A stretch of 64,000 bases of DNA from an uncultured Gammaproteobacteria bacterium (GTDB lineage Bacteria; Cyanobacteriota; Vampirovibrionia; LMEP-6097): contig CAZKAT010000006.1 in NCBI GenBank assembly GCA_964551135.1, forward strand, positions 1,822 to 65,821, in the 5' to 3' direction. Each line of letters starts with the position of its first letter. Position 1 is the stretch's first letter. The notes under the pieces are model-generated. The model had not been told where the DNA came from and made no database searches. It saw nothing but the letters and a program-made list of their open reading frames with translations. A program made the translations under genes and the position numbers. This document shows, one piece after another, positions 59,610-64,000 of this stretch.

Positions 59610-59623
59610 GACGGAGAATAAAA

Positions 59624-60769
59624 ATGTATAAGATAGGAACTCAATTAGTAGAAGCGGCCGAAGAAATGGAAAAGCTTAAGAATATCCCTAAGGATACTTT
59701 TATCAGGGCTATTTGTGACGCTATTGCAGGTGCTTACCGTAAGAAGATGAAATTACTTTCAACTGACTCTATTAATGTTCAGTTTGATGAAGAAGCTGGT
59801 GAGATAGGGGTGTTTATACCTAAGACTGTCGTTGCTGAGCTAACAGATCCACTAAGAGAGATCTCGCTTGTAGAAGCGCAAGAGTATATTGGTGACGTGG
59901 TTGAGGGTGAGATCCTTGAATTAGATGTGACTCCAGATGATTTTGCTGAATTTGGTAGGATTGCTGCATCAACAGCTAAACAAATTATCACTCAGAGAAT
60001 ACGTGAAGCAGAGAAGCTAAATCTTAGAGAAGAGTTTGAATCTAAGAAGCACTCTACTATGGCTGGAACAATTAAGCGTATTGAATACACTATTCGTGGA
60101 CAACCTAGTGTAGTAGTGGATCTTGGTAGTTTCGATGTTCATATCCCTCTTAAGTTCCAATTACCAAGAGAGAATTATAGAGTTGCTAACCGTATCCGTG
60201 TTTATATCCTTGAATATAGAGAAGATCGTAGAGTACCAATGATTATTGGTTCTCATACACACGAAGATCTCGTTAGAGAACTTTTTGAAATCGAAGTACC
60301 AGAGATCGAAGATGGTACTGTTGAAATCCGTTCTATTGCAAGGGAAGCTGGACAAAGAACCAAGGTGGCTGTCATCTCTACTAGTGATGATATAGATCCT
60401 GTGGGTGCTTGTATCGGTGCTAGAGGTTCTCGTATTCAGAATGTTCTTGCGGAACTAAGAAACGAGAAGATAGATATAGTTCGCTATTCAGAAGATCCTG
60501 TGGACTATATTTCTAATGCTCTTAGCCCTGCTGAAATTCTTACTGTTGCTCTCTTTAATGATGAGCATGGTAAGCGTGCAGAAGTGGCTGTAGCGCCTGA
60601 TCAACTCTCTCTAGCAATAGGGCGTGGTGGTCAGAACGTAAGATTAGCTGCAAAGCTCACTGGATGGAAGATCGACATCAAGGGAGCAAATGGTGGCAGT
60701 AGTAACTCAGCTGAGGCTCCGGCAGCAACTGAAGAAGCTGCTGAAACTGAAACAGAGACGGCGGCTTAG
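59624..60769 (+). CDS. nusA: Transcription termination/antitermination factor NusA
   Basis: FGRIAA..AKQ, EVPEI, AREAG.RTK, DPVGACIG and SLAIGRGGQNVRLA. Confidence 0.97.
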   Translation: MYKIGTQLVEAAEEMEKLKNIPKDTFIRAICDAIAGAYRKKMKLLSTDSINVQFDEEAGEIGVFIPKTVVAELTDPLREISLVEAQEYIGDVVEGEILELDVTPDDFAEFGRIAASTAKQIITQRIREAEKLNLREEFESKKHSTMAGTIKRIEYTIRGQPSVVVDLGSFDVHIPLKFQLPRENYRVANRIRVYILEYREDRRVPMIIGSHTHEDLVRELFEIEVPEIEDGTVEIRSIAREAGQRTKVAVISTSDDIDPVGACIGARGSRIQNVLAELRNEKIDIVRYSEDPVDYISNALSPAEILTVALFNDEHGKRAEVAVAPDQLSLAIGRGGQNVRLAAKLTGWKIDIKGANGGSSNSAEAPAATEEAAETETETAA

Positions 60770-61042
60770 GTGACTACTAGGGAGATAGTTCGTAAGTGTG
60801 TTGCTTGTGGTACTAAACAAGATAGAAATAATCTTATTAGAATACTTCAAGACTACAGCAATAACGAATTTATTGTTCAACCTAGTAATCAGCAATTTGG
60901 GAGGTCTATATATCTGTGTAATAATGCAGAATGTATAACTAAGATCAGAAAACATAAAAAATACAAGGATAAAATTAATTTTGATTTGCAGACACAAGTC
61001 AATTCTGAAAAAATAAAATATGACAGTAGGTGGAAAAATTAG
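60770..61042 (+). CDS. ylxR: YlxR family RNA-binding protein
   Basis: RKCVACG, LIRI and GRSIYLC; lies between nusA and infB. Confidence 0.88.
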   Translation: MTTREIVRKCVACGTKQDRNNLIRILQDYSNNEFIVQPSNQQFGRSIYLCNNAECITKIRKHKKYKDKINFDLQTQVNSEKIKYDSRWKN

Positions 61043-63578
61043 AATTTATGATTTGGCAAGAGCCAATGTTCCTGATGACCTTGATGAAAAAGATAAAAAG
61101 AAAGTTCAAGCTGAGTTAACAAGAAGAATTTTACAATTTGCAAATGACTATGGACAAAATGCTAAGACGGCTTCAAGTTCAATAGATAGTGGTGCTTCAG
61201 AAGCCATTATGACTAAGGTAAATCTAGCTGAAGTTTTGCGAGATTTTAGTTCATCTTCTAAAACTAGCTCTAGTGGTGCAAGTAAGGTAGTAAGAAGAAC
61301 GCCTAGCTCAGGTTCGGCTTCAACACAGGGTTCTAGTGCCAGCGATGCTGATAAGAAGGATGATAAGCCTAGATTAAAGATTGTCAGAAGAATTACTAAA
61401 GTAGAGCAAGAAGAAGAGAAAGAAAGAGAAGAAGGTAAATTACAAGAAAATACAGCTCCTCAAGAAGTACAAGTATCTAAGCCTGATATTGAAGAAGATG
61501 AAGAGCAAGAAGAAGCCTCTGATGGCATCCAGGAAAATATTCAAGAGATGATTGAGGCGACTAAGAAGCCTACGGTAAGACGTAGTACTGGTGCGTTGAA
61601 GGACATGACTAATGTTAGGTCTATTCCACTTAAGCCTGTGAGCGGACCATTGCCTGCTCATGATGCAGGACAACCTTATAGAGTAGCTAGACCAACAATA
61701 GTATCTCAGGGTATAGGACGTAAGAAGAAACGTTCACAAGGCAATGAGCGTCCTCAGGTTTCTAGACCGCGTAGAGAAGTAGAAGTAGATCAAGGACCTA
61801 AAGAGATCACTATTACTAAGCCAATGACTGTCAGAGAGTTGTCTCAGACTATAGCTGTTCCAGAAACACAAATTATCACTTATTTCTTTATGAAGAGAAT
61901 TCTTAAAACAGTAAATGATTTACTTGAGAAGGATCTCATTATTGAATATATGGAGTCACTTGGCTATATAGTTCATACTGAAGAATTGGATGAAGGTCAC
62001 GTAGAGTTGGCTTCAACTTTAAAGCAAGATGAGTCTGAAGGTAACTTAGAGAAGCGTCCACCGGTAGTAACTATTATGGGTCACGTTGACCATGGTAAGA
62101 CTACGCTAGTGGATACTATTCGTAAGACTAAGTCTAAAGTAGTAGACCAAGAGTCTGGTGGTATCACTCAGCATATAAGCACTTATAGAATTGAAGCAGA
62201 AGATTTTGATGGTAATATTCGTAAGATTACTATTCTAGATACGCCTGGTCATGAGGCTTTCACGGCAATGCGTAAGCGTGGTGCTAATGTTACTGATATT
62301 ATAGTTTTAATTGTTGCTGCTGATGACGGTGTAATGCCACAAACTAAAGAATGTATCAAGCATATTAAGGATAGTAATATTCCTTTCTTAGTAGCTATTA
62401 ATAAAATAGATAAGCCAGGAGCTAATCCTGATAAGGTTTTGGGACAATTGTCTGAGTATGACATTGTGACAGAAGAGTATGGTGGTAAGGTTGAGTGCGC
62501 GCGTATTAGTGCTTTGAATAATATTGGCATTGATGATTTGTTAATGAAGATCATGTTAGTTGCTGATGCTGAACTTGCTGACAAGATTCAATCTAATCCT
62601 AATCGTTTAGCGGTGGGTACTGTTATAGAAGCAGAGATGTCTCGTAGTAAGGGTCCTATGGCTACTATATTGATCCAAAATGGAACCATGAAGATCGGTG
62701 ACTATGTTGCTGCAGGTGCTGTTTGGGGACGTGTGAAAGCCATGATAGATGAAACTGGAGCGAGTGTTAAAACTGCAACTCCATCTACAGCTGTAACTGT
62801 CTTGGGTCTATCATCCGTGCCTAAAGCGGGAGATACTTGTAAGGCTTACGAGACTATTAAAGAAGCAAGGGGTGAGGCTGAAGAAATAGCTAATAAAGAA
62901 TTAGAGACTAAGAGATTTAAGGGTATATCAAGCTTCGCGTCAGACATTAGAGAAGGACAGAAGACTGAGTTAAGAATTATTATTAAAGCTGATGTTCAAG
63001 GTTCTGCGGAAGCTATTTCTCATGAGTTAAATAAACTTTCTAGCGATGAAGTATTGGTTAAACCTATTCATATAGAATCTGGTTCAATCACTGCCCACGA
63101 CGTTAGTCTAGCTGAGCGTACTGGTGCTGTAATAGTTGGTTTCCACGTTGGTGCAGATACCGCATCAACAGCGAAGCTTGCTGAGAAACATGGCGTTAAG
63201 ATTAAAACTTATGAAGTGATTTATAAACTTACCGAGGACCTTGAGAGAGCGGTGCTTGGTATGCATGAACCTGATTTAGAAGAACAGAAACTTGGTGAAG
63301 TAGAGATACGTAAGATATTCTCGATAGATGGACGTAGTGTTGCTGGTTGTCAGGTGACTCGCGGTAAGATTGTTCGTAATGAGATCGCTAAAGTTATGCG
63401 TGAAGGTGCGAAGATTTACGAAGGTAAGGTAGACTACCTCAAGAGATTCAAGGATGATGCTAAAGAAGTTCGTGAAGGTTTTGAATGTGGACTTAGTTTC
63501 GAGAAGTATAATGATCTTCAAGAAGGTGACATAGTTGAATGTTGGACTGTAAGAGAAGTTGCGAGAGTTAAGCTCTAA
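61020..63578 (+). CDS. infB: Translation initiation factor IF-2
   Basis: MGHVDHGKTT, GGITQHI, DTPGHEAF, NKID and KADVQGS. Confidence 0.98.
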   Translation: MTVGGKIRIYDLARANVPDDLDEKDKKKVQAELTRRILQFANDYGQNAKTASSSIDSGASEAIMTKVNLAEVLRDFSSSSKTSSSGASKVVRRTPSSGSASTQGSSASDADKKDDKPRLKIVRRITKVEQEEEKEREEGKLQENTAPQEVQVSKPDIEEDEEQEEASDGIQENIQEMIEATKKPTVRRSTGALKDMTNVRSIPLKPVSGPLPAHDAGQPYRVARPTIVSQGIGRKKKRSQGNERPQVSRPRREVEVDQGPKEITITKPMTVRELSQTIAVPETQIITYFFMKRILKTVNDLLEKDLIIEYMESLGYIVHTEELDEGHVELASTLKQDESEGNLEKRPPVVTIMGHVDHGKTTLVDTIRKTKSKVVDQESGGITQHISTYRIEAEDFDGNIRKITILDTPGHEAFTAMRKRGANVTDIIVLIVAADDGVMPQTKECIKHIKDSNIPFLVAINKIDKPGANPDKVLGQLSEYDIVTEEYGGKVECARISALNNIGIDDLLMKIMLVADAELADKIQSNPNRLAVGTVIEAEMSRSKGPMATILIQNGTMKIGDYVAAGAVWGRVKAMIDETGASVKTATPSTAVTVLGLSSVPKAGDTCKAYETIKEARGEAEEIANKELETKRFKGISSFASDIREGQKTELRIIIKADVQGSAEAISHELNKLSSDEVLVKPIHIESGSITAHDVSLAERTGAVIVGFHVGADTASTAKLAEKHGVKIKTYEVIYKLTEDLERAVLGMHEPDLEEQKLGEVEIRKIFSIDGRSVAGCQVTRGKIVRNEIAKVMREGAKIYEGKVDYLKRFKDDAKEVREGFECGLSFEKYNDLQEGDIVECWTVREVARVKL

Positions 63579-63598
63579 AGGAATGGTACTAAACTCAT

Positions 63599-63988
63599 AT
63601 GAAAAGCTACGAACGAAGAACCAAAGTAGCCAAAGCTCTTCAAAGAGAGATCGCTAGTTTTATACAGCAAGGTGGAGTTAAGGATGACCGTCTCGATAAA
63701 TTCATATCGATTGTTGAAGTGGATATTAATCCAGCATTGAGTAGTGCTAAGGTTTTGTATTCAGTAATGAATGAGATTAGTGGTGATAATGTTGATCATG
63801 CTGGTACGCAGGCTGCATTGAATGAGAACTCTGGTTATATCAGAGGCATAGTAGCAAGGAAGCTTAACCTTAAATATGCACCTAAATTAATTTTTATTGA
63901 AAGTACTGCATTGTCTGAAGCTGTTGATATGGTGGATTTGATTAATAGAACAGTGGCGGCAGATGCTTCTAGCCATGATGATGAGTGA
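63599..63988 (+). CDS. rbfA: Ribosome-binding factor A
   Basis: Follows infB; LQREIA, DDRL, GYIR and LKYAPKLIF. Confidence 0.9.
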   Translation: MKSYERRTKVAKALQREIASFIQQGGVKDDRLDKFISIVEVDINPALSSAKVLYSVMNEISGDNVDHAGTQAALNENSGYIRGIVARKLNLKYAPKLIFIESTALSEAVDMVDLINRTVAADASSHDDE

Positions 63989-64000
63989 ACTAAGCGGATT

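Noticed and set aside
1066-63521. Numerous short antisense or overlapping ORFs in the ORF track (e.g. 1066-1317, 10104-10538, 42484-42828, 62249-62584)
   Set aside because: Shadow ORFs lying within well-supported genes, with no motifs or independent signals

Overview
This is an AT-rich bacterial chromosomal window, most consistent with a non-photosynthetic Cyanobacteriota member (Vampirovibrionia/'Melainabacteria'). That is an inference from cyanobacterial-type RibBA, PcrA and a DprA-like conserved protein, together with a flagellar FliN/FliY gene and rpsN/rpmD in the spc cluster. Housekeeping genes include hit, ribBA, cutA, MATE, system II cytochrome c biogenesis, pcrA, queF-queC-queE, tRNA-Ser(GGA), rmuC, holA, an S10/spc cluster that starts at rplB, a decoupled secY, and nusA-ylxR-infB-rbfA without rimP. 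Many orphan ORFs are interspersed. The most notable observations are: (1) a DUF3800 gene next to tRNA-Ser with a convergent candidate small RNA; (2) three adjacent orphans with translocon-like or membrane-inserting architecture, plus further effector-like orphans; (3) widespread apparently leaderless genes, with a -10 box 6-9 nt before the start codon; (4) an RPE-1-like palindromic element and two copies of a REP-like element, one with a nested insert; (5) a PstS-LivK fusion gene bracketed by a 42-bp direct repeat of the start of the GDPD gene; (6) an FtsH-like pseudo-AAA protein; and (7) several pseudogenes and shared upstream motifs. All family calls come from motif recognition by eye; no database search was run.
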